A program made the translations under genes and the position numbers. Shown piece after piece: positions 1 to 8,550 of a stretch of DNA of 64,000 bases (position 1 is its first letter; every line of letters starts with the position of its first letter). The notes under the pieces were generated by a model. The model did no database searches. It was given only the letters and a program-made list of their open reading frames with translations, and had not been told where the DNA came from. This DNA comes from Patescibacteria group bacterium (GTDB lineage Bacteria > Patescibacteriota > Patescibacteriia > Magasanikbacterales > GWA2-37-8): the NCBI GenBank assembly GCA_041661385.1, contig JBAZUP010000001.1:418560-482559 (forward strand), given 5' to 3'.

Positions 1-384
1 TTTTTTTAACGAGCTGATTAATTTTTCAACATTATTTTTAATGACATTGTAAGTGATGACGAGCTCCGCGTTTAAATCTGAAAGGTGTGCTTTTTCAGGA
101 AGTAGATCAAAAAAAACAGCACCACCACCTACGAATGGTTCAAAATAGTTACTCTTTTCCGAATCAAAACCTTCTGGCGGATATAGATTCATCCTTCGGA
201 ACTGTTCAAGGAGTTGTCTTTTGCCACCAACCCATTTTACGAACGGTCTTGGTTTCTCTGCGATTAATCGCTCTACATCGTCAAAAAGATTTGATTTGTT
301 TGCCTGTCGAAAAACCCGATGAGCGTAAATCTCATTTATATCGTACTTTTTTTGGATGATTTTTACTGCTTCCTTAGTAGTCAT
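1..384 (-). CDS. dam: DNA adenine methyltransferase, Dam/D12 class (5' part; runs off the left edge)
   Basis: Manual translation from ATG at 384: MTTKEAVK...KPRPFVKWVGGKRQLL...YFEPFVGGGAVFFDL...LSDLNAELVITYNVIK. Contains motif X (KWxGGK) and motif I (EPFxGGG) of Dam/DpnM enzymes. Not in the ORF track because it has no stop in the window. Confidence 0.9.
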   Translation of the reverse strand, partial: MTTKEAVKIIQKKYDINEIYAHRVFRQANKSNLFDDVERLIAEKPRPFVKWVGGKRQLLEQFRRMNLYPPEGFDSEKSNYFEPFVGGGAVFFDLLPEKAHLSDLNAELVITYNVIKNNVEKLISSLKK

Positions 385-523
385 AATTTTATACCAAAAA
401 AATATCGAACAAAAAGCTAAATATATTTTTGATATAAAATGCTTATCTTAGCCCTATAGGAATACCTGTATTTTACCATAACTTAAGCGTAAATCCAATA
501 CTAATTAAATAGATCTATCAACC

Positions 524-552
524 TTGACTAAAACCAATTTTTTCACTATAAT
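524..552 (+). promoter_or_regulatory. sigma-70 promoter of tRNA-Ser
   Basis: TTGACT (524-529), 17 bp, TATAAT (547-552), 18 nt before the tRNA. Confidence 0.8.
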
Positions 553-570
553 TCACCGCATTGCAAACCT

Positions 571-662
571 GGAGAGGTGGCCGAGTTGGTCGAAGGCACC
601 ACACTGCTAACGTGGCAGGGCCTCAAAAACCCTCGAGAGTTCGAATCTCTCCCTCTCCGCCA
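571..662 (+). tRNA. tRNA-Ser (GCT), CCA encoded
   Basis: GGAGAGG/CCTCTCC acceptor stem, D-arm with GG, anticodon loop CT-GCT-AA, long variable arm, GTTCGAATC T-loop, ends GCCA. Confidence 0.96.
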
Positions 663-698
663 AAAATATGAACCCACTAGTGTGGGTTTTTATTTTTG
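661..698 (+). terminator. intrinsic terminator after tRNA-Ser
   Basis: AACCCAC-TAGT-GTGGGTT followed by a T tract; flanks CAAAAATA/TATTTTTG also pair. Confidence 0.75.
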
Positions 699-843
699 TC
701 TGAAAGCGAAAGGAGAGATGAGAACGCCGGAGCCTTGTCCGAGGAGTTATGCCGACGACGAGAACGGCGAGGCGGTGGCCAGCCCGAGGAGGCGGAAGCC
801 GACGAGAGGCGCGGCCGAATCGCTTTATTATTCACTTAAATAC

Positions 844-910
844 TTATCCACAACCCCTTTCTTGACATATTAGTTAGAAATATATAACATTAAGTTAGAA
901 ATAACTAACT
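844..910 (+). promoter_or_regulatory. DnaA box, promoter and two palindromic operators upstream of the membrane protein/XRE operon
   Basis: TTATCCACA 844-852; TTGACA 862-867, 17 bp, TAACAT 885-890; AGTTAG-N6-ATAAC (872-888) and perfect AGTTAG-N6-CTAACT (893-910). Confidence 0.65.
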
Positions 911-932
911 TTATTATTAACCCCTCATATAT

Positions 933-1364
933 ATGATTGGCAAAGCAGCTTGGTTCCAAAGACGTAAATACAGCGGTTGGGGCATTACCCCTAAAACCTG
1001 GCAAGGTTGGGCATATGCATTTTTTATTGCTGCGCCGGTTGCCATTTTCCAGGCCCTACCCTATTGGTCGAACGAAGTGCGAGTCGCCGCGACCGGAGTA
1101 TGGGTCGCTGTAGTCGCACTCGACGTTATCCATATCATGGCGAACATGAACCACGACGAACGAGAATATAAAATTGACGCGATTTCGGAAAGAAACTCCG
1201 CCTGGGTTATGGTTGTAGTAATAGCGATGGGTGTCGCCTATCAGGCCTATGGCAATACCAACGGCAAAGGCGCTGAGATTGATCCGTTTCTTTTGATTAC
1301 CCTTGGAGCTGGTGTTGTCGCCAAAGCAATCTCAAATATTTATTATTCCCGGAAATCTTTATAA
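933..1364 (+). CDS. four-TM membrane protein (DUF2178-like)
   Basis: WF.RR.Y.GWG..P.TWQGW N-terminus, DERE motif, four hydrophobic segments; paired with an XRE HTH gene. Confidence 0.7.
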   Translation: MIGKAAWFQRRKYSGWGITPKTWQGWAYAFFIAAPVAIFQALPYWSNEVRVAATGVWVAVVALDVIHIMANMNHDEREYKIDAISERNSAWVMVVVIAMGVAYQAYGNTNGKGAEIDPFLLITLGAGVVAKAISNIYYSRKSL

Positions 1365-1369
1365 ACGAT

Positions 1370-1561
1370 ATGCCTAACCGAATAAAAGAACTGCGGGGCA
1401 AACTAAACCTGACGCAAGAAGAACTGGCTGATAAAGTTGGTGTACGTCGCGAGACAATTGTGTTTCTGGAAAAAGAGAAATATAATCCTTCGCTTGAGCT
1501 GGCGCATAAAGTAGCGGAAATTCTTGGCACATCAATTGATGATTTGTTTTATAAAAAATAA
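1370..1561 (+). CDS. XRE/Cro-family HTH transcriptional regulator
   Basis: NRIKELR...[36 protein letters not shown]...IDDLF, a typical HTH_3. Confidence 0.93.
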   Translation: MPNRIKELRGKLNLTQEELADKVGVRRETIVFLEKEKYNPSLELAHKVAEILGTSIDDLFYKK

Positions 1562-1578
1562 AAAACATTTATAATTTT

Positions 1579-1608
1579 ATAGCGCGGCCGCAGCCGCGCT
1601 ATTTTTTA
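1579..1608 (+). terminator. intrinsic terminator
   Basis: ATAGCGCGGC-CGCA-GCCGCGCTAT followed by a T tract. Confidence 0.75.
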
Positions 1609-1641
1609 TCAAAAAAAGCGCTCACATATCACTGGCATATA

Positions 1642-2075
1642 TTCTCGCTATCGCTCAAACACCACGCCTGCGCGGGATACATCTCGCTGTCGCTCAATCA
1701 ATTCATTCTTTTTCCTAAACTTCTATTTCCTTAGCCCTGCCGGCGGCATCACTTTTCATAACTGAAAAGTAATCAAAAGGTTTTGAGGGGCCGGCAGAAC
1801 TCGCGCCGCGAGGCGCTCAAACAGCTGGCGGCCCCCAAACCCCCATTGGGAAATTGTTTGGCCAACAATTCGGAGTCCGAGCCTATATGTAGTGAGTTGC
1901 AAACTGCCCGGCGAAATTAGATTTTTTCAATGTTGTATTGCTGATTTGAAAAAATCGTTTTGATTTCGCCGAGGCATTTGCCGAACGAAGTGTCAGCTCG
2001 GCAGTTTTTGACACCTTTTTGCTGCCAAAAAGGTGTGCCAGTCCGGCGAGGACTGTCTTTGAGCGATAGCGAGAA
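1642..2075. repeat. non-coding palindromic element bounded by 18-bp inverted repeats (REP/MITE-like)
   Basis: TTCTCGCTATCGCTCAAA (1642-1659) and its exact reverse complement (2058-2075); variant copy at 1682-1697; several internal hairpins. Confidence 0.6.
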
Positions 2076-2206
2076 AATAGGCCGCGCCAAGCAATATTAT
2101 GCGTTACCAATAACGACCTGACGGGTAGTATGTAGTAGTGATGCACCCAAGTTAGCTTTACTCACGTATTATTAACATCAGGTTAACGTATTTAATACTA
2201 AAACTT

Positions 2207-2947
2207 ATGAAAATACAGATAAAAAAAGTAAACAAAATCTTATACTTCGCGATTATAACGGCCGCGAGTACTTCGCTTATCGCTATTACTGCCGCTAGCG
2301 CTCAAACCGGCAATGGCGGAATGATGGGCGGACGAGGATTTAGAGGCAATTTCCAAAATACTACCAACGTTAATGTTGGAACTCAAGGTGGCTGGTCACC
2401 AAGTTCTACCATGATGCGCGGCGGCTTTAAACGTCAGCCCGGTGTGTTTGGCACAATTACCGCCATTAACGGTACCAATATTACCATTTCAGATAACCGC
2501 AGCGGCCCAACCGGAACGATTGCAACCTTTAATATCGATTCCTCCGCCGCAACTTTCGTGAAAATTGTCGCACCGACTTCTTCAACTCCCCCAACCCAAA
2601 CTTCCATCACTATTTCTGACCTTGCCGTCGGCAATACTATTTCGGTAAAAGGAACCGTGAATGGCGCAACTGTGACTGCGACTGAAATCTATTTACGCGA
2701 AGGAAACTTCCCCGGTATTGGAATGATGCGCGGAAGATTTGAAGACAATGATACAGTTTCTTCCACCGCTGGAAAACTACGCTGGGAAAATCAAAATGGA
2801 AATTCTACCTCTACTTTTAGAAGACACCAATTTGACACTAGCACGCCACCTTTCATGAATTTTAATTCGAATTCCGAGTTTCACATTAATATGTGGGGAA
2901 GAATGATGAACGCGATGGGAAATTTTTTCGGAAGATTTTTTAGATAA
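2207..2947 (+). CDS. secreted Gly/Thr-rich hypothetical protein (DUF5666-like OB-fold segment)
   Basis: Signal peptide ending ASA-Q; GTITAINGTNITI...ISDLAVGNTISVKG...VTATEI pattern. Confidence 0.7.
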   Translation: MKIQIKKVNKILYFAIITAASTSLIAITAASAQTGNGGMMGGRGFRGNFQNTTNVNVGTQGGWSPSSTMMRGGFKRQPGVFGTITAINGTNITISDNRSGPTGTIATFNIDSSAATFVKIVAPTSSTPPTQTSITISDLAVGNTISVKGTVNGATVTATEIYLREGNFPGIGMMRGRFEDNDTVSSTAGKLRWENQNGNSTSTFRRHQFDTSTPPFMNFNSNSEFHINMWGRMMNAMGNFFGRFFR

Positions 2948-3063
2948 TTTATTTTGTCTCTTCGACATCGGAACATGGTAGCAGGGCTGAACACGACACT
3001 TCTATACAAACTGTCGCCTCAACTTCTTCCAATTCCCTGTCGAAGAGCAATTAAATTAAAAAC

Positions 3064-3108
3064 AAAAAAACCATCCTGGATTGCCCTCCTCTGGATGGTC
3101 TTTTTTAT
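3064..3108. terminator. bidirectional terminator between convergent genes
   Basis: A tract, ACCATCC...GGATGGT, T tract. Confidence 0.6.
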
Positions 3109-3111
3109 TTA

Positions 3112-3714
3112 TTATTCTTTTACTTCTGCTTTAGCCGGCTCGACAAAAGCTTTTTCATCATTAAACTTTTCTTTCCATTCTTCAGGATTTCCATAATCGG
3201 CAAAATCTTTATACCAGTTATGACTTTGCGGCGGCCGGCGCGCGGCTTTAATTGGGCACCAATACCGTTCAGTGCGTGCGGCGATTTCGGATCCGTACGA
3301 AAATAAACCGTTCCCATAGCTGCAATACAAACAATTTACTTTCTGGATTAAGTTTAAATAATCCAAAAACTTCCGGTCAAAAACAAAGTGGTCTTTTCTT
3401 TTTACCCGGGGAATGCGGTACAGCGGCAAAGCAACCAAATTATAAATAGTTAAAAAGAAATCCAGGATTAATAGCGGAAAAATCATTACATAAATAAACG
3501 GCAGCGATAAAAGATGGCGGATGTCCTGCGGAATCGCGTAACGCCAGGTGGGAATTTTGAAAGATTTGTTCCGAAGTTTGAATTGTTCAATAAAGACAAC
3601 CCGCTTTTTGTTGAACGAAAAACCATACTGCTCCGCGAGACGCGCGTATTCTTTTTTAAGCGCCTCATTCATCTCTTCAATTTTTGCCAGTATTTTTTTA
3701 ATTTCCGATTCCAT
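3112..3714 (-). CDS. conserved hypothetical membrane-anchored protein
   Basis: 200 aa, one long TM segment, NCLYCSYGNG and ERYWCPIK Cys motifs. Confidence 0.75.
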   Translation of the reverse strand: MESEIKKILAKIEEMNEALKKEYARLAEQYGFSFNKKRVVFIEQFKLRNKSFKIPTWRYAIPQDIRHLLSLPFIYVMIFPLLILDFFLTIYNLVALPLYRIPRVKRKDHFVFDRKFLDYLNLIQKVNCLYCSYGNGLFSYGSEIAARTERYWCPIKAARRPPQSHNWYKDFADYGNPEEWKEKFNDEKAFVEPAKAEVKE

Positions 3715-3766
3715 ATTCTTTCATAATTAACGAGCGCCTTTGAGAAGGTGCCCGAAAAAAGTTTTT

Positions 3767-4318
3767 TTAGATGGCGTGAATCTCTTTTTCTTTTGCTTCA
3801 CCAATCTTCTTCACTTCTTCATTATATTCTTTTACCATTTTATCAAGCTCCTCTTGAAAGCTATATTTATCATCTTCGGTAATCGACTTTGCCTTTTCTT
3901 CTTCGGCAATAAGCGCCCGAACCTCTTCACGAATTTTTCGGATCGAGATCCTAGCCGATTCTAATTTCTGATGCAAAATTTTGGCAAGTTCAGTACGACG
4001 CTCGGAAGTAAGCTCGGGAAGACAAAGTCGAACCATTTTGCCGTCATTTACCGGATTAATACCAAGGCCTGAATCACGCACGCCTTTTTCAATGGCGCCC
4101 AGCATGCTCTTGTCCCAAGGTTCAATAGTGATGGTCTTTGGGTCGGCTACCATAATTGTACCAACCGCTTTGAGCGGCTGATAACTGCCATAAGCCTCGA
4201 CAGTGATGCTGTCTACCATGGCAGCGGTCGCCCGACCAGTGCGCAGTTGTGAAATGTCGGTCTTTAAGAATTCAATCGCCTGTTTAAAATCCTCCTTAGA
4301 ATTATTTATGTTCATCAT
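3767..4318 (-). CDS. frr: ribosome recycling factor
   Basis: LRTGRA, IEPWDK, NPVNDG, LTSERR, ARISIRKIR motifs. Confidence 0.97.
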   Translation of the reverse strand: MMNINNSKEDFKQAIEFLKTDISQLRTGRATAAMVDSITVEAYGSYQPLKAVGTIMVADPKTITIEPWDKSMLGAIEKGVRDSGLGINPVNDGKMVRLCLPELTSERRTELAKILHQKLESARISIRKIREEVRALIAEEEKAKSITEDDKYSFQEELDKMVKEYNEEVKKIGEAKEKEIHAI

Positions 4319-4319
4319 A

Positions 4320-5420
4320 TTATTGTGCTGATGTAAAAGCTATATATAAAAGATTTACCAAATCTGGATGCACAAAGAGCGAGACCGGAATTGCCGCGCT
4401 CGGCAATTTGCGGTTAAACCATGTACTACCACCATCTAGTGATTTATAAAGCTTGGAACTGGCCACCTGAGTTGAAACGCCCGTAATTGAATTGGCGCCG
4501 GTACTGGTAAAGGTTGTACCCGTATAGAATAATTCTTTTGGATTCTTGGGGTTCACCGCCAAATTATAAATATTTACAGTTCCTGGAGAAGTAACTAATT
4601 TAATTTCGCTCCAAGAATCGCCGGCATTTGTAGAGTGAAAAATGCCGTATTTAGAAAGCCAATACAAACTGTCTTTGGTGCTAGGGTCTAGGACCAAGCG
4701 GAAAAAAGTCACGCCCTCGGTAAATTTAGTAAGGTCACTTGTAACATCCACCCAATTTTCACCATTATCATCGGACCGTGAAATACCGCGATTGGCGCTA
4801 GCGACAAATACTCGGCCCGGCACTTTTGGATCCGTAACCAAATCGCGCAAGGTCAAATTAAAATTCTTTATCGCTCTCCAACTAGTACCGCCGTTTAAAC
4901 TTTGTAAAATAGTTCCATTTTCAATGGCGGTAAAAACAACATTGCGATTACCATAATCAACAGCAACAGAAACGAGCTTCGATCCGCTCTGAGAATAATT
5001 TACCTGCGTCCAAGTTCGTGAGCAATCATTGGTGCGATAGGTAGCGACACCATCGATCGCAAAAATTGTGCATTTGTCCGTCGGATCAACAGCCACTCCA
5101 TAAACAAATTTTCCCTGAAAGAACGGTACTGTTTGCCAACTGTCACCCTTATCATAACTGTAATACAACCCTTGTCCACGAGTCGCCATATACAGCGCGT
5201 TTACATCATTTGGATCAGAAAAAATCCGGTAGACTTTTACTGTAGCAAGACTTTTCATTCCTTGCGCAGTAGGAAAAATATTTATTTCGGTCCAATTTTC
5301 TCCCTTATCAGGGGAACGAAAAATACCAAGGTTGACAGGGGCCGTACTGCTCACGCTTAGACACCCCGCGCCAACAAGAAATAACGAGGCGATAGCCGAC
5401 AAGATTATTTTTCTTTTCAT
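4320..5420 (-). CDS. lipoprotein with BNR/Asp-box beta-propeller (YCF48/sortilin-like)
   Basis: Lipobox LVGAGC; repeated SxDxGxxW Asp boxes. Confidence 0.85.
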   Translation of the reverse strand: MKRKIILSAIASLFLVGAGCLSVSSTAPVNLGIFRSPDKGENWTEINIFPTAQGMKSLATVKVYRIFSDPNDVNALYMATRGQGLYYSYDKGDSWQTVPFFQGKFVYGVAVDPTDKCTIFAIDGVATYRTNDCSRTWTQVNYSQSGSKLVSVAVDYGNRNVVFTAIENGTILQSLNGGTSWRAIKNFNLTLRDLVTDPKVPGRVFVASANRGISRSDDNGENWVDVTSDLTKFTEGVTFFRLVLDPSTKDSLYWLSKYGIFHSTNAGDSWSEIKLVTSPGTVNIYNLAVNPKNPKELFYTGTTFTSTGANSITGVSTQVASSKLYKSLDGGSTWFNRKLPSAAIPVSLFVHPDLVNLLYIAFTSAQ

Positions 5421-5441
5421 AATGTTACTTTTTAAAAAAAC

Positions 5442-6386
5442 TTATTTAATTTTTAGTAAAGCTTCTTCAATCGCAAGTCGAGGGTGAGCATTTTCTTTCA
5501 ATAATTTTTTTACTCGCGACCAACCGTCGATTATTTTTACAAGTTCAGTACCGGTGAAACTAACTGGGGAAAAAATTCCCGGCTCCGAAGCGTATTCTGT
5601 CGCGCCATGTTTTTTGAGAAGCCAATCGCGGCTCCAGCCGATCCACTGATCAAGAATACCCTGCCAGGCTTCGCGGCCGCGTTCGCCATCATCTTTGTCG
5701 CCGTACAATTCTTCAACTAACTTAATTTTTTTATAAAACGGTGCGCCGGAAAGCTGTTGAAAAATGCTAAATAAATTTTCGTAGGCGATTTTATTTTCCT
5801 CATTTAAAAAATTTATCGCTTTGCCGGGCTTGCCGGATGCGCGCCTCGAAAAAATTTCCGCTTCTTCGCTTTTTACTCCGCGTGCGCGCAAACCATTTTC
5901 AATCTCCCTAGTGCTAACCAGTGAAAAATAAAACAACTGTAACCGCGAACGAATGGTAGCAAGTAAATTTGCTTCATTCTTAATAATCAAAAAGAAAAAA
6001 GTGTTTTGCGGCGGTTCTTCCAAAATTTTTAAAAGAGCATTTCCTGATTCGTCATTAAAAAGCTCTGCACCATCAATAATAACAACTCGCTTTCCCCCAC
6101 CCCAAGTAGAATTTTGCAATCTTCCTTTCAGATCTCGCGACTGTTCAATCGTAATAACTTTTTTTAATTTGCCGGTTTTCTCATCTTCTCCCCGTTCGAG
6201 GTAAATATAGTCGGGCTGCATTGATAATTTTTCGACTGTTGTGCCAAGAAGTTTCGCGGCAACGACACTCGCCAAAGCTTTTTTACCAACCTGTGCCGGC
6301 CCAATAAAACCATAGGCATGACTAAGACGGCCTTCCTTTAAGGCATTCTCAAAAAAACGAAGTATTTGCTCATGTCCAATAATCAC
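5442..6386 (-). CDS. holB: DNA polymerase III delta-prime subunit
   Basis: IIGHE, HAYGFIGPAQVGK, NALLKILEEPP, LLATIRSR. Confidence 0.9.
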   Translation of the reverse strand: MIIGHEQILRFFENALKEGRLSHAYGFIGPAQVGKKALASVVAAKLLGTTVEKLSMQPDYIYLERGEDEKTGKLKKVITIEQSRDLKGRLQNSTWGGGKRVVIIDGAELFNDESGNALLKILEEPPQNTFFFLIIKNEANLLATIRSRLQLFYFSLVSTREIENGLRARGVKSEEAEIFSRRASGKPGKAINFLNEENKIAYENLFSIFQQLSGAPFYKKIKLVEELYGDKDDGERGREAWQGILDQWIGWSRDWLLKKHGATEYASEPGIFSPVSFTGTELVKIIDGWSRVKKLLKENAHPRLAIEEALLKIK

Positions 6387-6421
6387 AGCAAGGTCTAAAA
6401 GCTGTGCTTAGTGTAACAAAA

Positions 6422-7519
6422 TCAATGAAGATTGGCAATCGCGCTCCAAGTTTCTTTAGCGGTCTTTTCCCAGCTAAAAAAAGCCGCACGTTCTTTGCCT
6501 TCTTGGCTATATTTTATCTGTTCGCCGGTGTTATTAATTATTTTTATAACCGCCTCAGCTAGAGAGTTGTTATCTAACGGATCGACATAACAAGCGGCGC
6601 CATGCCCGATTTCCTTTAAGGCTTCAATGTTCGAAGAAACGGTCGGTACCCCAAGTGAAAATGCCTCTAAAAGCGGCAGGCCAAAACCTTCGTAAAGAGA
6701 TGGAAAAACAAAAACACCCGCATTTTTCATTAGACCGGCGAGTTTTTCTTTTTCAAGAAAATTAAAAGTAATAATATCTTCTTTGTAGGGGCACTGCTTG
6801 ATCGCTTTTTTAATATGATGATAACCAACCCCCGGATTCCCAACCAACACAAGCTGCAAGTCGACGCTCTTTTTTATTATAGTAAAAGCTTCAATAATCT
6901 GCCGGGTGTTTTTTTTGGTCTCCAGGCGCCCGACACTGATAATATATTTTTTTGTAACACCGAGTTCTTTTTCGTTAAAATTGGCAGGTACAACTAACGG
7001 TTGAAAAGCAATCGGAATAACTGCTACTCTTTTTGCCACGTTTAATCCGTACAATCTGCCCAGTTCATTTTTATTAAATTCAGTAGAAGTAATAAGCAGC
7101 GTGGATTTTTTTATAATTTGCTTATTCATCCATTTAAGATAGGTTCGGCTCAGCATTCCGTACGCTCCCGGATAAACTAAAAAAGCGCTATCGTGAATCA
7201 TGGTCACCGTAACTTTCGGACAGATGAGTGGAACAATTTGTCCGGGCGAGAAGAAAACATCCGGATTTTTATGAAATAAAAAATGTATTGATAAACGAAT
7301 TTGGTTCCAAAATTTTCCAAATGGCCAGTGTAATATTTTTACTTTCCAGTTTGGAGGCAGATCTTTCAGCTCATCAATAAGCGGTTTGTTAGAATACAAA
7401 ATAACCGTTTCTGTTGCCGGAATCGTTTTCTTTAATGCCTGTATTAAAAAGAAGCAATAACCCTCCACTCCGGTCCTCTCCTTTTTATTGGCATGGGCGG
7501 CTTCGATGCCGATAACCAT
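6422..7519 (-). CDS. glycosyltransferase family 4 (GT-B)
   Basis: TGVEGY, VGRLETKKN, FVFPSLYEGFGLPLLEA, FSWEKTA. Confidence 0.93.
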   Translation of the reverse strand: MVIGIEAAHANKKERTGVEGYCFFLIQALKKTIPATETVILYSNKPLIDELKDLPPNWKVKILHWPFGKFWNQIRLSIHFLFHKNPDVFFSPGQIVPLICPKVTVTMIHDSAFLVYPGAYGMLSRTYLKWMNKQIIKKSTLLITSTEFNKNELGRLYGLNVAKRVAVIPIAFQPLVVPANFNEKELGVTKKYIISVGRLETKKNTRQIIEAFTIIKKSVDLQLVLVGNPGVGYHHIKKAIKQCPYKEDIITFNFLEKEKLAGLMKNAGVFVFPSLYEGFGLPLLEAFSLGVPTVSSNIEALKEIGHGAACYVDPLDNNSLAEAVIKIINNTGEQIKYSQEGKERAAFFSWEKTAKETWSAIANLH

Positions 7520-7536
7520 AGTGAATATTTTTAATC

Positions 7537-8544
7537 CTATTTTGTTGCTAGAATACTTCGCTTGTAACTGTCTAAATTTTCAAGAGCAATACCGGTGCCT
7601 TTGGCAACACAAAGTAACGGTTCGTCAGCTACATAAGTTGGCACACCGGTCGCCTCGGCAATAAGCGCATCAAGATTTCGTAGCAAAGCAGATCCACCGG
7701 AAAGAATAATACCTTTATCCATAATGTCAGACGAAAGTTCAGGCGGAGTTTTGTGCAAAACATCTTTCACAGCATTTACCAAAAGCTCCAGATCGTGTTG
7801 CAACGCCTCGGTCGTATCATCAGAATTTACCGTGACAACACGCGGCAAGCCTGTGACCATATCGCGTCCTTTTATTTCCATGGTCAGCGGCTTATCCATA
7901 TACATCGCCGAACCCACCGTCAATTTTATATCTTCGGCGCTACGCTCACCAATTGCCAAATTGTACTTGTGACGTATATATTCTACCACAGATTGATCAA
8001 ATTTGTTGCCTCCGATACGAACCGAACCGGAAGAAACTATACCGCCAAGTGAAATAACAGCGATTTCGGCAGTGCCACCACCAATATCAATAATCATGTG
8101 ACCCGAAGCCGCACCAATTGGAATATCGGCGCCAATTGCGGCGACAATCGGTTCTTTAATAATATAAGCGGCCCTTGCGCCTGCCGCGATAGTCGCATCA
8201 ATAACCGCGCGGCGTTCGGTGGAAGTAATACCACCCGGCACCGCGACCATTACTTCCGGACGAAACAAACGTACACCACCCATAGCTTTATTAATAAAAT
8301 ATCGAAGCATTGCTTCGGTGGTGTTGTAGTTGGCGATAACTCCATCTTTGAGCGGTCGCTCGGCAATAATAGTATCAGGAGTGCGGCCAAGCATATCTTT
8401 TGCTTCGAGACCAACCGCAAGAACTTTTCCATCCGCTTTAGAAATTGCAACAACACTCGGCTCATTTACAACAATCCCCTTCTTCGGAATATATACTAAG
8501 ACATTTGTTGTCCCCAAATCAATTCCAATTTTCTTGATGAACAT
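7537..8544 (-). CDS. mreB: rod shape-determining protein MreB/Mbl
   Basis: IGIDLGTTN, EPSVVA, PLKDGVIA, DIGGGT, SGGSALL. Confidence 0.97.
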   Translation of the reverse strand: MFIKKIGIDLGTTNVLVYIPKKGIVVNEPSVVAISKADGKVLAVGLEAKDMLGRTPDTIIAERPLKDGVIANYNTTEAMLRYFINKAMGGVRLFRPEVMVAVPGGITSTERRAVIDATIAAGARAAYIIKEPIVAAIGADIPIGAASGHMIIDIGGGTAEIAVISLGGIVSSGSVRIGGNKFDQSVVEYIRHKYNLAIGERSAEDIKLTVGSAMYMDKPLTMEIKGRDMVTGLPRVVTVNSDDTTEALQHDLELLVNAVKDVLHKTPPELSSDIMDKGIILSGGSALLRNLDALIAEATGVPTYVADEPLLCVAKGTGIALENLDSYKRSILATK

Positions 8545-8550
8545 ATCAAT

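Noticed and set aside
87-359. 90-aa plus-strand ORF
   Set aside because: Antisense to the Dam-family gene found on the minus strand
844-852. DnaA box as replication origin
   Set aside because: Boxes are isolated, not clustered, and dnaA/dnaN are not in the window
577-873. 98-aa ORF in the ORF track
   Set aside because: Overlaps tRNA-Ser, its terminator and the downstream repeat; spurious
1883-2146. 87-aa minus-strand ORF
   Set aside because: Lies in the palindromic element and shows no protein-like motifs
6422-7519. Alternative genetic code (TGA recoding as in Gracilibacteria)
   Set aside because: Full-length conserved proteins translate in code 11 and several end at TGA
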